Positions 35,994 to 63,135 of a stretch of 64,000 bases of DNA are shown one piece after another. The stretch's first letter is position 1; every line of letters begins with the position of its first letter. Position numbers and translations under genes: made by a program. Source of the DNA: Blastocystis sp. Blastoise (lineage: Eukaryota; Protista; Bigyra: Opalinata); assembly GCA_039096225.1 (NCBI GenBank), contig JBBPEB010000009.1:744001-808000 (forward strand), in the 5' to 3' direction. Below the pieces are notes generated by a model. That model did not search any database, was not told the origin of the DNA, and saw only the letters and a list, made by a program, of their open reading frames with translations.

Positions 35994-37027
35994 TAGTCAT
36001 TTTCCAAAAACCCGTGAAATTTTTTCACGGGTTTAAAACCCGTGAAAGAAATTCACGGGTTTTAGAAAATTACAGTCAAAAATCTTTCACGGGTTTTGAA
36101 ACCCGTGAAAGATACTTATACCATATTAATCTGTTAATATTATATATATGATTTATTTGAATTGATGTTCATATATTAGAATCGTTGTTATACTCATGCA
36201 TATAATTTCTATAATATAAATATCAATTTTTTTACTAAATGGGCTCATTTCATGCCCTTATACTAATGTCTTCTTCATTTTATCACCACAAAAATTTAAC
36301 TAAATATTTTTGTACTTATAAGAAAGTAAAAAGAGTTGAAATCTATGTATAGAATAGATTTGTACAAATTATTATTGATGCTTTACCAGCCAAATACAGG
36401 TTCATAGTTTTTAAATGTTTATTATATGTATAATATATTGAAGAATTACTAATAATAAAATAATTTGTGAGAACATTTTATCCTATTAAAAATAATAGAC
36501 GAAAAGTTATTATATCATGTTTTTTATATCTAAGACACTTATTATATATTGAATGGAACACTTTTCATTGTTCTATAAAAGAATAATTGTCTAAAGACAA
36601 TAATTGAAGACATATTAATTAGTTATGTTTCTTCATATTTGACTAGATGTCTATATGCATAGCACGGGAATATTGATACTATTGAATAATATGCAACTTC
36701 ATCTGAATATGATCCAACTTATATTATAAAAACAGAATCAATAGCACACCTTCATATTTATCTATTGCTCCTGAGGTCAAAATATGCAAATCAAGGAATC
36801 TAGATTCTTTGTTCACCAAGAAAAACAAATGAATTGATAAAAAACTTATTCTTATCAAAATATTTTTCCTTCAATATGAAATTTCCATATATTAATTTAT
36901 AACAAAGAACATCTTAATCGTTTACAACTCATATAATGAGAGATATATAACAAAATAAAAACCCGTGAATTTCTTTCACGGGTTTTAAACCCGTGAAAAA
37001 ATTTCACGGGTTTTTGGAAAATGACTA
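35994..37027. mobile_element. Non-autonomous hAT-like DNA transposon (MITE-like), 1034 bp
   Basis: Perfect 70-bp TIRs (35994-36063 and 36958-37027) starting TAGTCATTTTCC. Flanking 8-bp direct repeat ATTTCTAA at 35986-35993 and 37028-37035. No long internal ORF. Confidence 0.92.
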
Positions 37028-37102
37028 ATTTCTAATGAACAATGAACAGTTCGAGAATTATAGTTAATCCTCAGAATAATAGATAGGAAAAAGATATTAA
37101 CA

Positions 37103-37184
37103 GACAATTTGTCCGAGTGGTTAAGGAGGTAGACTAGAAATCTACTGGGCTTTGCCCGCGCAGGTTCGAATCCTGCAGTTGTCG
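37103..37184 (+). tRNA. tRNA-Ser-AGA: tRNA-Ser (anticodon AGA)
   Basis: GACAATT/AGTTGTC acceptor stem, GTAGA-CTAGAAA-TCTAC anticodon arm, long variable arm, GGTTCGAATCC, and a downstream T-run. Confidence 0.97.
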
Positions 37185-37670
37185 AATTTTTTATCGTTTT
37201 TTAAATTCTTTTTATTCATTATTCAATTACTTTCATGATTTAAGCATCGTTGATTTCATGTGTAAATAACATTTAAAGTGATACTCATATAGATATGAGA
37301 ATTTATTCAATTCATTTTCCTTGAATGGATAAACATAAACAAAACTAAGCATTGCATGATTATTAATTTCTTAGTAATTATGTGGAAATCTAGACGCACT
37401 ATTTAATTCATGTAAACCAATATTTTTGATGAAAACATAAATAAATCTTGTTCGTCTTGCGCATATACTGTACTTATTGATCTATATTTATATTCCTTCT
37501 AGTTTAATAATCATTCTGGAAGAATTTATTGGTGATTTGATCTCTATATCCCGAAAAATAAAAACTTTTATATTCTTCGTTTGTCATTTCAAGCTCTTAT
37601 CATCAAAATCGTCAGAGTTTAAAATGTTATATCATTGTTTTTCTATCTTTTAATCTTTATTAAATTATTT

Positions 37671-44554
<6,884 letters not shown>

Positions 44555-46117
44555 ATAATATATATATTGAGAATTAATAGCTATTATTATTCAATTGTGA
44601 ATATACTTTAATTTTATTCTTTCCAAATGTTTTTTTATTATTGTGTAAATATTTCAAAAACAATCATTTATTATAATAAACAATACTTAACGATAAGCAA
44701 CGGAACGATTATTTGTTTAGTTGAATAACAATTAATACAATAAATATAGATATAAACAAAAATATATATATAAATATAATTAAGAAAATGTATATGAAAA
44801 AAAATAAATATAAATAATGAAATTTTAAAATGTATATAAATGAATTTTAAAAGTGAAAAGAGAAAATGAATCAAGAAAATATATTGTAAAGAAAAAATCT
44901 AAAAAAAATATATGGAAAATAAATAAAAATTATCTAAAAACTAGTCAATATAGATATATATATATGTATATAAATAATATATATATATATGTATACTATT
45001 AGCAATTTGTTTCTTGTTTTAAAAAAATTGAAATATAAAATGTATTTTAACCAATAAAATGGAAATACATATATATAGTAAGCTATACATGTTAATAGGA
45101 AAAAAAAATAGATAGAAAAAGAATTATAAAAAATATATATATGATTTTTACGACAATATATAAATAAATATATAATATATATATTAGAGGAAAAACATAT
45201 ATGAATGCAAAGGAAATGTATCCATATATATAGATATATGTAAAGAAAGAAAATAAAGATATATAATTACATAAAAAAGGAGAAATAGTACAATATGAAA
45301 AAAAACAAGAAACAAATAACAAGATAAAAGAGAGATTGAAATGTAATAAAAGTGAAATATATAGGATTATATATATAGAAAAAAAAAGATAGATAAATAA
45401 GATATTTGTATAAGGAGAGAGATATCAAAAAATATATATAAATTATTTTTTAGAAAAATAAATAAATATATAAATAAAAACTATTTTAGAAATATAAAAA
45501 TAAAAACAAATATTATAAAAATTGAAAAAGAATAAAAAGAATATTGTATCACTTATAAAAAGCAATAATAGAAATAAAATAAAAGACGAAAAAAGTTTAA
45601 GAATAATAAAATAGTACATAATAAAATAGAGAAACAAAAAAGAAATAAATATGTATATATAAACAAAAAAAAAACTAGAAATTGAAATTAAATATAAAAA
45701 AATAATATATATAAAAATAAAAATCACAATAGACCTAGAAATATTATATATATATATATATATAGATGAAGAAAGGTAATATACAAATAAATATGTATAT
45801 TATGAATATATATATATAGAAAAAAAAGGAAATAGTAATTAAAAAAAGAGTATAAAAAAGAAGTTTATATATATAGGGAAAAATATTTATATATATATAA
45901 AATGAAATATGAAAGAAAATACAATAAATAAAAATAAAAATGTATATATAATATTAAAAAAACAGGAAAGAATGAAGATATCATATATATATATATGAAT
46001 ATATATCTTCAAAAACAAGAAATATTTTTAAAAAATGAATTGAAAACACAAGGGTGTATATATATATATATAGAAATGCATAGCATTTGAATAATAAGTG
46101 TATATATATGTATATAT

Positions 46118-47809
46118 TTACATATGACGTAAATTCTTATCTTCAAAATAACTATATAAATATGTATATTATATAATATAATATATACTATAATATAGTA
46201 TATAAATATAATATAATATATAATATAAATATAATACTATATAAATATATATATACAGCATATCTATAAGGAATGTTGAGGTCAGAAGAAGGATCTTCTC
46301 GTTGAGAGTCGACTCCGGAGGGAATATTATAGTATAATTATCACTATCAGTTAACTATATATAATATAATATATATAATATATTTAATATTATATATAAT
46401 ATATTTAATATATATTATAATACATATATACAAGTTCTCTTGTACATGATTGATAGACTTTACGAATGGTTCCCACGTGATTTGTACGGAGACTTTGTAC
46501 TTCGAAAGAAACACTATACATTTGTATAATAATCATAAGTACAATAATAAGAAAATAATAAGAAAAAAAAAGAAAATAGAATAGAATGGTAATCATTAAC
46601 AATAATATATATATATATATACACTTTGCATGGACCACAAGGAAGGGAACACAATTCTCCAGGTTGGCAAGACCCGCCATGTACAGTAAAGAGCGGGAAA
46701 CCGTTATGATCGTTAATATTAAAATCATGAGAACATAACGTAAACTCACTATTTACTGTTCCTACTGGTACTTGTAGATTATTCGGGAAAAAAGCACTCA
46801 TTTCAGGGAGATTACAGCATGGAGTTACTATACATATATTTATATATATATATTATTATTATTATCTTCAATCATAAAAAATAATCATATATATATATAT
46901 ATATATATAATTTAGAAATCAGTTTCATTACAATATACTGAATAACATTATATATATATATACTTTGGCATTTGAAAGGTCTCTTCATATAGAGAATAAC
47001 TTGTTCTTGAACTGTTTGTATTTCGAGTTCAAATCCTCTCATATTACCACACACCTGACGCTGGAAGCACTCACTATGCTCACATGCCTATATATAATAA
47101 TAATAATTATTATTATTATATATATTAATATTAATAATAATAATAATAAAATAACTATATAATAATAATAATAATAATAGTATTATTAATAATAATAATA
47201 CACTTTATATCAGTATTATTATTAGTATTCATATTTATATAATGATTATATATATACTTTGAAAACGGGTGTAGAGAAATCATTGATTTCTTCCTTGTCA
47301 TTAAGAGGATAAATAAGATATCTATATATATATAATCATAATATAATCATAATAAACATAAAAAAGCATAAAAAAGCATAAAAATAATAAAGTCATTTAA
47401 ATAAATACTCATTCTCTTGTTCATAGCAAGTTATACGTTCTAAATAATGAGGCTTTTGTTTCACAAGTAATCCAGGTAAATTATTAAGTGTAGTAAAAGC
47501 ATCAAATCCATCAAGAGGAATTCCTTGCTTTTGTTTGTCATTGATCTGAATATAAGTAACAGGAACACCTTGAATAGAAACATTATTCATGGGAACTGAT
47601 TGAATAAGACAAGCTTGATTAGGAAGTCCGACATGAATAACATTAGGATCTTGAGGAGGTCCAGAGAGACGTGCAGGAGGACAATAAATTTGATTTGGAT
47701 TAGTTTGTTGTTTTTGTATATGTACAACTGGAGCGTTGTATTGAACCTGATTTGAAGGAACAGGAATCACAATACTTTGAGGTATTCTTACAATATTATC
47801 TGAAGTCAT
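46118..47809 (-). CDS. Phospholipid scramblase (PLSCR family)
   Basis: Pro/Gln-rich N-terminus, LLVKQK...ITCYEQENEY, MRGFEL, RPFKC, F..HG..C, GTIRKVY, D.DNY.I.FP, FLID..YFE. Confidence 0.88.
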
Positions 47810-48303
47810 TGTAAATATAATTCAAAAAAAATAAATGAATGTTCATAACAAAAAAAAAGCGGATGACTTCAGTCACAATCAATCGATCTGATTTTGTCTG
47901 AAAGAACAGTTGTGAAATGGTTGTTTTCAAAAAAAGGAACTGAATATTTTTTTAGTAAAGTCGAACAGTAATATTTTTTTATATGTAGTAATAGAACACT
48001 AGGTTTCATTAATTATGTTATATGTATTTTATGTCTTGCTTTGAACCTATTTTGATTATTTTATTGATTAGAATGTTCATTTCCCTATCCAGTCCCATTC
48101 AAGTAATGATAGTTCAGTTTTTTGTTGTTTAGAAAAATTGTTTCAAAATGAAACTGAATATTATAAAGAAAAAAAGTATATGACTCAAATCAATTGACAA
48201 AACAAGACGAAGTAGTAATAAAAATAAATAAAATGTATTCTTAAATATATAAAATAATCTTACTTGAATAATAGAATCCATTTTATGTTTATTTGAAAGA
48301 GTT

Positions 48304-50412
48304 TTATAAATCAAATGATTTCCAGACTCTATTCACACGAGGATTTCCTTCAAGAATAGAGACAGTCTTCTTGTTATAATCAAATAACATAGTGTTTAAT
48401 GTTCTATTACTGTAAAGAGGCCAATTTTCAATAGATGTGAAAATAATGAAGGAACTACAAATATAAATAAAATTATGTTGTGAATTATAAATTTATATAA
48501 TATAAAGGATATTCATCTCCAAGAATCTGTAATGCTTCCGATATAGTTGTAGGGGGATTATATTGTTTATATACTTGTTCTCTGTATATACTGCTATTAC
48601 TAGGAGTATCATCAACCATTATTATATCATACCTATATAATAGTATATACATTTATATTATTATAGAAATATATATATATATAGAAGAATAAGGTGTAAA
48701 ATAGACAAAATAATTTATATGGTAATAATATAATGTATATATATATATATATATAGAAGAATAAGGTGTAAAATAGACAAAATAATTATGGTATTAATAA
48801 AATGTATATATATATATACATATTAGCATGAAAATGAGGTCTGGAAGGAAGAGCTTCAACATATCCAATCTATAAATTTATATATATATATATATATATA
48901 TAATGTAGATAGAATACAAGCAAAAATAAATTATAAATATATTCATAAAATAATAGAGAGATAGAAATAATTCTAATAATCAATAATAAAAATATACAAT
49001 ATATAGCATATAGATTTATTGATAAGAATACTTATATATATATACTCTAAAGAAAGGAGCGATTTCTATATCAACAACAGAAGTAGTAGGATTGTGTTTT
49101 GATGAGGGATTTGATGTTAATTGATAATTGTGTCCCACAAAATGAGGGGTTTTTGTAATACGTTGAACGGCATCCTCATAACTTGAACTATCTAATAACT
49201 ATATATAGATATATAGAATATTTATAGTTTATATAGAAAAAGAATAGAATATATATACATAACGAGCAATGAAATTTCGACTAATTCCTTTTCTATCTAT
49301 ATATGAAATATATATATATATGCAAAGAACAGAATATTTGAAATATATATATATGAAATAATAAAATAATATAAAAGAAGATTAAAAAACTTAGGATTAA
49401 TTACACATATAATAAATATAAGCATACAACTATCATAGTTATATAATAGTATAATAATATATATTTATACCATAAGATGAAGTATGAAGATAATTCATAC
49501 TAAACACAATATCTTCATTCCAACCAAAAGCTATAGGAAACATATATATATTATTAATTATAATAATAATAATAATATATAATTTATATATATATATATA
49601 TACCAGCTGTGGGTAATTGTGCAGGATAACAATAAGAAGTAAAGTTAGAAGAAAGAGTTTTATCTATATATAAATAATATAAATATATCTATATATAAAT
49701 AAAATATATATATATATTATAAATATATATATACTTTTATAAATAAGAACATGAGCTAATATAGTATGATTAATATTTAATGTACTACCATCTTCATTAT
49801 GAGCAATTATATCTATATATATATAATATTATGAATTTAAAAAAAAAATAAATACATAATAATAATGAACAAAATAAAATATATAATGAACAATAAAAAT
49901 ATATATAAAAAAATAAAATATATAGTATAAAGAGATCGAATAAATATACGTGTATCTTTATCATGAATAATAATATCTGAGCAATGATCTTCTTTGGGAT
50001 ATTTTAAATGACTTGGCATAAAATATGAAAATTCTTCATTAAGAGAATTCATAAATAATAAGAAAAAAGGACAACCAACACTTTCACTCATACCACGTAA
50101 TTCTTCCATATAATCTGGAAAAGTTGCATTGTGATAAGCATAGAGCTCATCATAAATTTTTCTACCTTCCTGACTAACATAGAAAGGAACATAACTCTCA
50201 CGGAATACAGGATTGGAATATATGAAATCAGCTGTGAGATCCTTTGTATACATAGCAAATTGAACTCCAGCACCATAATGAGATGTAGCATTAATAAAGA
50301 TTTCAACAGGAGTATTACGGAAATCTCCAGCACTAAATAGTCGTTATACTATATGGTAAAGTGAATACAATGTCAATAGGAAAAATAACGAAAAGTAAAC
50401 GAAGAACAACAT
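48304..50412 (-). CDS. Peptidase C45/AAT-family Ntn-hydrolase (tan / beta-alanyl-dopamine hydrolase-like) with a hydrophobic N-terminal signal
   Basis: FPDYMEELRGM, autoproteolytic HCSD, AHNEDG, YPAQLP, FGWN, SRNFIAR, GHNY, FHAN. Confidence 0.85.
48437..48512 (-). other. U12-type AT-AC intron in the C45 gene
   Basis: On the minus strand: 5' ATATCCTTT, branch-like TTCCTTCAT (48446-48454), 3' CAC. Removal gives ILGDE-SIENWPLY. Confidence 0.85.
48670..48820. repeat. Two-copy tandem duplication of about 75 bp inside a C45 intron
   Basis: ATAGAAGAATAAGGTGTAAAATAGACAAAATAATT occurs twice, each time after a TA tract. Confidence 0.8.
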
Positions 50413-50881
50413 AGAAACAAAATCGATAAAAAATGAACTGTTTTGGAAAAAGAAATCAAAATAAGAGAAACTCGAGATAATATGAAAAAACACATTTATT
50501 TTATTGTATAAATGAAAAGAATAGTCTACCTGACATTTCTGGTTTTTAATCATTTATACATTCGAATCAGACGTGAGAAAGTCAATTGTGAGAAAGAATT
50601 AAACAAACAAAAAAACTACACTCATTTCTCTTTATTCTCAAGATATATGCGTTTTATGTATATTATTTTAATTATATCAATTCATTGAAGCTATTTAGAA
50701 CTAATAGTGTCAATGATTTATCTTCGTTTCAAAAACGAGAAATTTTTGTCTCTACTACCTTTATTATTATTGCATTCAAGATATATATCTATTTCATTTA
50801 TTTTGAAAAACTAGTTAAACAAATTCCATTCATACTTATTTCTCAAAAACAAAAAAAGAATAATTAAAGAAAAGAAAAAGT

Positions 50882-50954
50882 TGGAGAAGAGGGGCATCGA
50901 TCCCCTTACCTCTCGCATGCTAAGCGAGCGCTCTACCATCTGAGCTACATCCCC
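50882..50954 (-). tRNA. tRNA-Ala-AGC: tRNA-Ala (anticodon AGC)
   Basis: Reverse complement GGGGATGTAGCTCAGATGGTAGAGCGCTCGCTTAGCATGCGAGAGG...CTTCTCCA, with the G3:U70 identity pair and an ATCGATG T-loop. Confidence 0.96.
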
Positions 50955-51530
50955 GGTACTGTTTTGTATTCTTTATTTGACTACATTAGACTGATTCACT
51001 TTTTGAGCCAAAAAAAAAAGTTACGAAACGAAATATTTTACTAACATTTTTACACACGGATTACGTTTCAATTACTAAATTATATGCTAATTTCTAAAAT
51101 TCTTATTAAATTAATTTATACATTATCTATGTTATCCACTAATAAATTATGCTCAAAATTCTGATTTTTACGCTGTTTTAGTATCAATGACATCAATGAC
51201 AATTTTTTAAAAATCATATTAACATATAAAAACGGCTTTTTATTAAAGTGGAACTCACTACTTTTATAATATACTCAATAAAATACAAATCTTATCAACG
51301 CAATACTAATAAAATTGATTCTTTATATACGATTCCTCCCTGTAAAAGTTTTGTTCTTGTTATTTTTATCATCAAGTTATCGAACAAACTGGCTACATAT
51401 ACCCACTAAAGTCTTTCTAGCAAACGCCGCTGAATTTTTTTCCGGAAAACAGCGTTTCCTTTTTTTAGCTTTCTTTTTTATTATAACTGAATAAAGCCAA
51501 GATATTTGAATAATTCACAAATAATTACGT

Positions 51531-52469
51531 ATGGCAATCCAACTACTATCACTATCCGATATAAAAATTGCTTTCTTCGAGGAAAAACATGTTATTAGCG
51601 AAACATTGTCGATGAAAACAAATAAGAATGAAGATATCTATATATTAAATAAGCGCAAAAATGAGTACATCTGTAACGATCTTCTTCTTTTCTTCGATAA
51701 CTCGAAAGATATACTAGAGTTTTATATGTATATTTTAATTATTTGCTCTCGTCTATGCTTGCTAGATATGATAACTCGAAAGAAATAGGGTTTTTATCAT
51801 TCTCGTCCAAAGATTATATGGATTTTGGTATTATTTCTTGTTTTATTATTATTAACATATACTGTAGAGAACTATGATATAATTATTGTTCGTAATGGAA
51901 ACGTTCCAATGTTACCCAATGGTAATTATCCTCCTGTTGGTGATTGCGACTGCTATATATGTTCATTTCCAATTGATGATAATCAGAGAATACCATTATT
52001 TGGAAGTAATCATATAATTCGGAAATCGATCCGTTCGGTGAAAGATCTTGAAAGTGAACATGAAATTCCAAAAGATATTCTAAAAATATTTGATATAATT
52101 ATTTTAATTATTTTATAATATTTATTTTTTTATAATAATAGCTATATATATATAATAGTATCTATTCTTTGTTTTTCTAAATAAACTATATATATTCCTT
52201 ATAGATATTCCCCAAGTTCCTCAAATAATCGCGTCACCATTTTCTAGTCCTATTTTATCCCCGGCAAATAAACGAAAAGGCGGGACTTTATTTCGTATGT
52301 TTTTTTGTCAATTAATAATGTTTTCACTTCTAAAAATATATTCTTCTATTTTATAAACTATAATTATTTTCTATTATAAATAATTATTGTGAATATGTAT
52401 AAATAAATATATATATATATAGAAACATTAGATCAACTTATTCAGGAGAATCCAGATTTATTAATATAG
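51531..52469 (+). CDS. Hypothetical protein, about 5 exons
   Basis: ORFs 51531 and 51825 can be joined by GT-AG introns, with terminal exon ...TLDQLIQENPDLLI*. One donor near 52060-52075 is ambiguous. Confidence 0.55.
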
Positions 52470-53493
52470 TTATTTACCTATATATATTTATTAAATAGTC
52501 TTTTTGCTCTCTTTTATTTATTTTAGTTCTTAGTTTTATATAGATTTTTGTGCACATAAATTTCTTTTTTTTCTTTTTTTTCCTATCTGCTGTTGTCTAT
52601 ATACACATAGTCTTCGTTTATTATTTCATATTATTTTTTTTTATCTTTTATTTTTAATATTACATCTATGTATACTTTGCAATAAATGAGGTTTGCATAG
52701 GTATATGTATGTATGATTATGTATATTTACGATTTCTATATATATAATTATTGTTGTGTTTGTATAGATTATTATTTTCTAAAATTTTCTATTGTAAAGC
52801 AGTTGTATTATGAATATAGGAAATAATTAAAAAATTAAATTCCATATATATGTACTGTTTTAAAAATAATATATATATATATATTTTTCACTATTAAATC
52901 AACAAAAATAAAATATATTAAATAAAAATGAGAATAATGAAATAAAATATGTTTTTGAAGTCTATAATAAGATTTTCCAATTATATGTATATAGACTAAT
53001 GTTTTTTTATATATACAACGAACTGAGTATGTATATATGAAATAGATAATTATTAGAATGTCAATCATTCTAGGTATAGATATGTGAATCTAATAAAATA
53101 TAATATGTCAATAATATATGTAAAACAAATATATCAATAAATGTAAAAATAAACAAAATATGTAATAGCATCATTTAGAACAGAAAAAATAACTATAAAT
53201 GTATATATATAAATAAAAGAGGAACAATATTTTTTTAAGAAAAAAATAATAATAATGAATAATAGGAAAAATAAAGAATAAAATGGATCAATATATGTAA
53301 AAATGTATATATACATAAATAGAGAGAGAAAAAGAGAGCATAAAAATAACATAGGAATATCATTATATTAAGTAAAAGGAAAAAAATTGCAAATTATAAT
53401 GAAATATGAAATCTATATATATATATGAAAAACAAAAGCATAAACGCAGATAAACCAATGAAAATAAATAATTAAATAAAATATTTAGAATAT

Positions 53494-56782
<3,289 letters not shown>

Positions 56783-56904
56783 AATGGTACAAATCAATAA
56801 AAATAACAATTGTTTAGTAAAAAAGTCAAATTCTTTCTGTATTCTGTTCTTTGTGAAATAACCGTGAAAAATGATATTTTATTAAAGATGAAGAAATTTA
56901 ATTA

Positions 56905-58948
56905 AAGTACCTGTACCAGAGTGACCTCCTGTACCAAAGTGACCCGTTTTTGTTTTGTTTCCATATTTACGGGAAAAAATATTTTTTCACTGTATTTAAT
57001 AAAGATAAACATGTAAATAACATTTTTTCAATAAAAAGAGTCTTTTTTTGTTAAAAACAAAACAAAAAATTTTTTTTGACATAAATTAATAACAATTATA
57101 AAAAAATAAGTATATATATGATATATTATATAAAAAATAATAAAAAATATATATATAGAAAGGAATATCTTTATTCATTAACTATTATTTCATCTTCTGA
57201 AACAGTATTATCAAGTTTATCACTAAATTCATCCTCCATCATTTCTCTATTGATATTAGTTAAGATTTTATTTGACACTTTAGATGATTTTCTAGTTACT
57301 TTACTACGGGGACGATCATCAAAATCCTTGATAAACTCATTCTCATCATCAATAAGAAGTCTCGAAGCTTGCCATGCACTTAAAATGTTTCTTCTTGTAA
57401 AAGCTTCACTAAAAGCATCTTCAGATGCTGCTAATAACGAATATCGATTAGTTGTTTTATAATATCTTCTAAATTTTGATTTATATACATTGTATATAAC
57501 TAAATCAAGCGGTTGAAAGACACTAGTAGTATTTTTTGGAAGTACAATTACATCAATACGGTTATTCTCACATAAACTAAGAAAATCAGTATCATTACGT
57601 GTTGTATGAGCATCAAGAATAAGTAGACAATAATCATTAGTACTATCAAGATTCATATCTTTTCTCTTTTTATTAACATATGGAAGAAAAACATCTTGAA
57701 TCCATGAGTATAACACATGTGCATTTATCCATCCAGACTTAGCAGACCATACTTTTATATAGGACAGATTTTGCTTATCTATTTCTTTAATATTATAAGT
57801 ATCTCGATCAACAACATAAGAGGAAGGAACTGCAGTACCATCAGCACAAATACAATCAATTAGTGTTGTATGAGTAACACTAGTACCTTGTTTTGTTATT
57901 GGTAAGTGATCATTATCAACTGCAACAGTAACTCTTGATCTTTTATCACCAGGAGTAACCCATGACTCATCCATGTTGAATATAAGAGAAGTTTTGATTT
58001 TTCTTTTGTTTATTACATAATGAATGTTCCTATACAGTATCTTCGCATCTTTCTTTGTTGGTCTAGCTTTTTCTTCATAATTTGTTAGCGGTCTTTTCAA
58101 TAGAATATTATTCTTCTTAAGCAGCTTCCTTACATACCCTTCTGATACAGTAATCATACATCCAATACCGTTTCGACACCTTTCAATTGATCTCTTACGT
58201 ATTTCTTCAGCTATTTCATTCTTCGAAGGACAGTTATTCACATTAATTTGTGACTTAATCCATTCTATTATTTCTACTTCTTCATTTTCATTAAGAACAT
58301 GTTGATTACCACGATTATTAAGTGATACATCTTCATTCAGTTTCTTTTCAGAACGTTTTATTGTAGACGGAGACACTTTAGTGATAGCACTAATACTAGA
58401 TAAGGATAATTTCTTCATACCATTCTTTCCATTAAACACTTTTCTTATAGCACAGGACTTCTTTCTAGGACTTCTTTCTTTCTCAACTTCAGGATGATTC
58501 AGAACTTGATTTAGGGTTAAATTAGAATCAAGAATATCAAGATCAGGAAGGGGAATACTAGTAGTATTATCATTTTCGGATATATTTTCTATATTCATCG
58601 TATAATTAATTTATTTAAAAAAAAAACAATAATAAAATAATTATGAATAAAATATGAAAACAATTAGATAAAGCCAGTTAGTATTCGTTTTAACTGAATA
58701 CAAAAAGAATATTCTAGAAAGTTCTAGAATATATTTTCCGTTTTTTCCTTGTGAAAATTTTAAAAATTATACTATTTCTGTTCTTAAAAACCTTTTTTAA
58801 ACAGAAAAAAGACTCTTTTTATTGAAAAAATGTTATTTACATGTTTATCTTTATTAAATACAGTGAAAAAATATTTTTTCCCGTAAATATGGAAACAAAA
58901 CAAAAACGGGTCACTTTGGTACAGGAGGTCACTCTGGTACAGGTACTT
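56905..58948 (-). mobile_element. Full-length pogo-type (Tc1/mariner-related) DNA transposon, 2044 bp
   Basis: Perfect 144-bp TIRs (56905-57048 and 58805-58948) flanked by TA on both sides, enclosing an intact transposase ORF. Confidence 0.93.
57171..58598 (-). CDS. pogo/CENP-B-like DDE_1 transposase, DD35D
   Basis: Intronless 475 aa with N-terminal HTH region. Catalytic motifs NMDESW, LILDAH and QPLD, with 35 residues between the last two Asp. Confidence 0.93.
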   Translation of the reverse strand: MNIENISENDNTTSIPLPDLDILDSNLTLNQVLNHPEVEKERSPRKKSCAIRKVFNGKNGMKKLSLSSISAITKVSPSTIKRSEKKLNEDVSLNNRGNQHVLNENEEVEIIEWIKSQINVNNCPSKNEIAEEIRKRSIERCRNGIGCMITVSEGYVRKLLKKNNILLKRPLTNYEEKARPTKKDAKILYRNIHYVINKRKIKTSLIFNMDESWVTPGDKRSRVTVAVDNDHLPITKQGTSVTHTTLIDCICADGTAVPSSYVVDRDTYNIKEIDKQNLSYIKVWSAKSGWINAHVLYSWIQDVFLPYVNKKRKDMNLDSTNDYCLLILDAHTTRNDTDFLSLCENNRIDVIVLPKNTTSVFQPLDLVIYNVYKSKFRRYYKTTNRYSLLAASEDAFSEAFTRRNILSAWQASRLLIDDENEFIKDFDDRPRSKVTRKSSKVSNKILTNINREMMEDEFSDKLDNTVSEDEIIVNE

Positions 58949-59566
58949 TATTTTAACAATTAAATCAGCCTTATTGCCTATTTGATGATTTTATAAATTA
59001 TAAACGAATAAAGATCAAACAAAACAAACGAAAAAAACAAAAATTATTAAAGGAATAAAATAAATTATGTACATCTACAAAAAAAAACATACATTTTTGA
59101 ATAGCAAAAGTGACGTATAATATATAATTTGTCCTAATATAATGAAGAAATATGATGAATAGTAAAATAGTTTTCAGAAGAGAGTGAAAGAATGAAAAAA
59201 GAATAATAATAAAGAAGAGATGCTAGAAAGAGGACAAATGAACTACCAAAAGAATATGAAACAAAATAAGATAATAAAAAGTGAAAATTAAATGAAAATA
59301 AAATGAAAATAAAATGAAAATAAAACAATAAAAAACAAAGAGACGATGAAACAGAGAAGAAAATAAAAAAGGAGAAAAAAATAGCATATACAAGAGTTCT
59401 TGAAATGATTTCTGTAAAGAAATACATATTAGAACAATAGTTAATAAGATATATATACAAGATTATATAGTTATACTAAATTAAAAATAAAAAATATAGA
59501 ATCGATAATAAAATAAATATATATATATAAGGAAAATAAAATGTAAAAGAATATACAAATATAGAT

Positions 59567-63135
<3,569 letters not shown>

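Noticed and set aside
35994-36110. Palindromic repeats as a CRISPR array or terminator
   Set aside because: No spacer structure; explained as transposon TIRs with a TSD.
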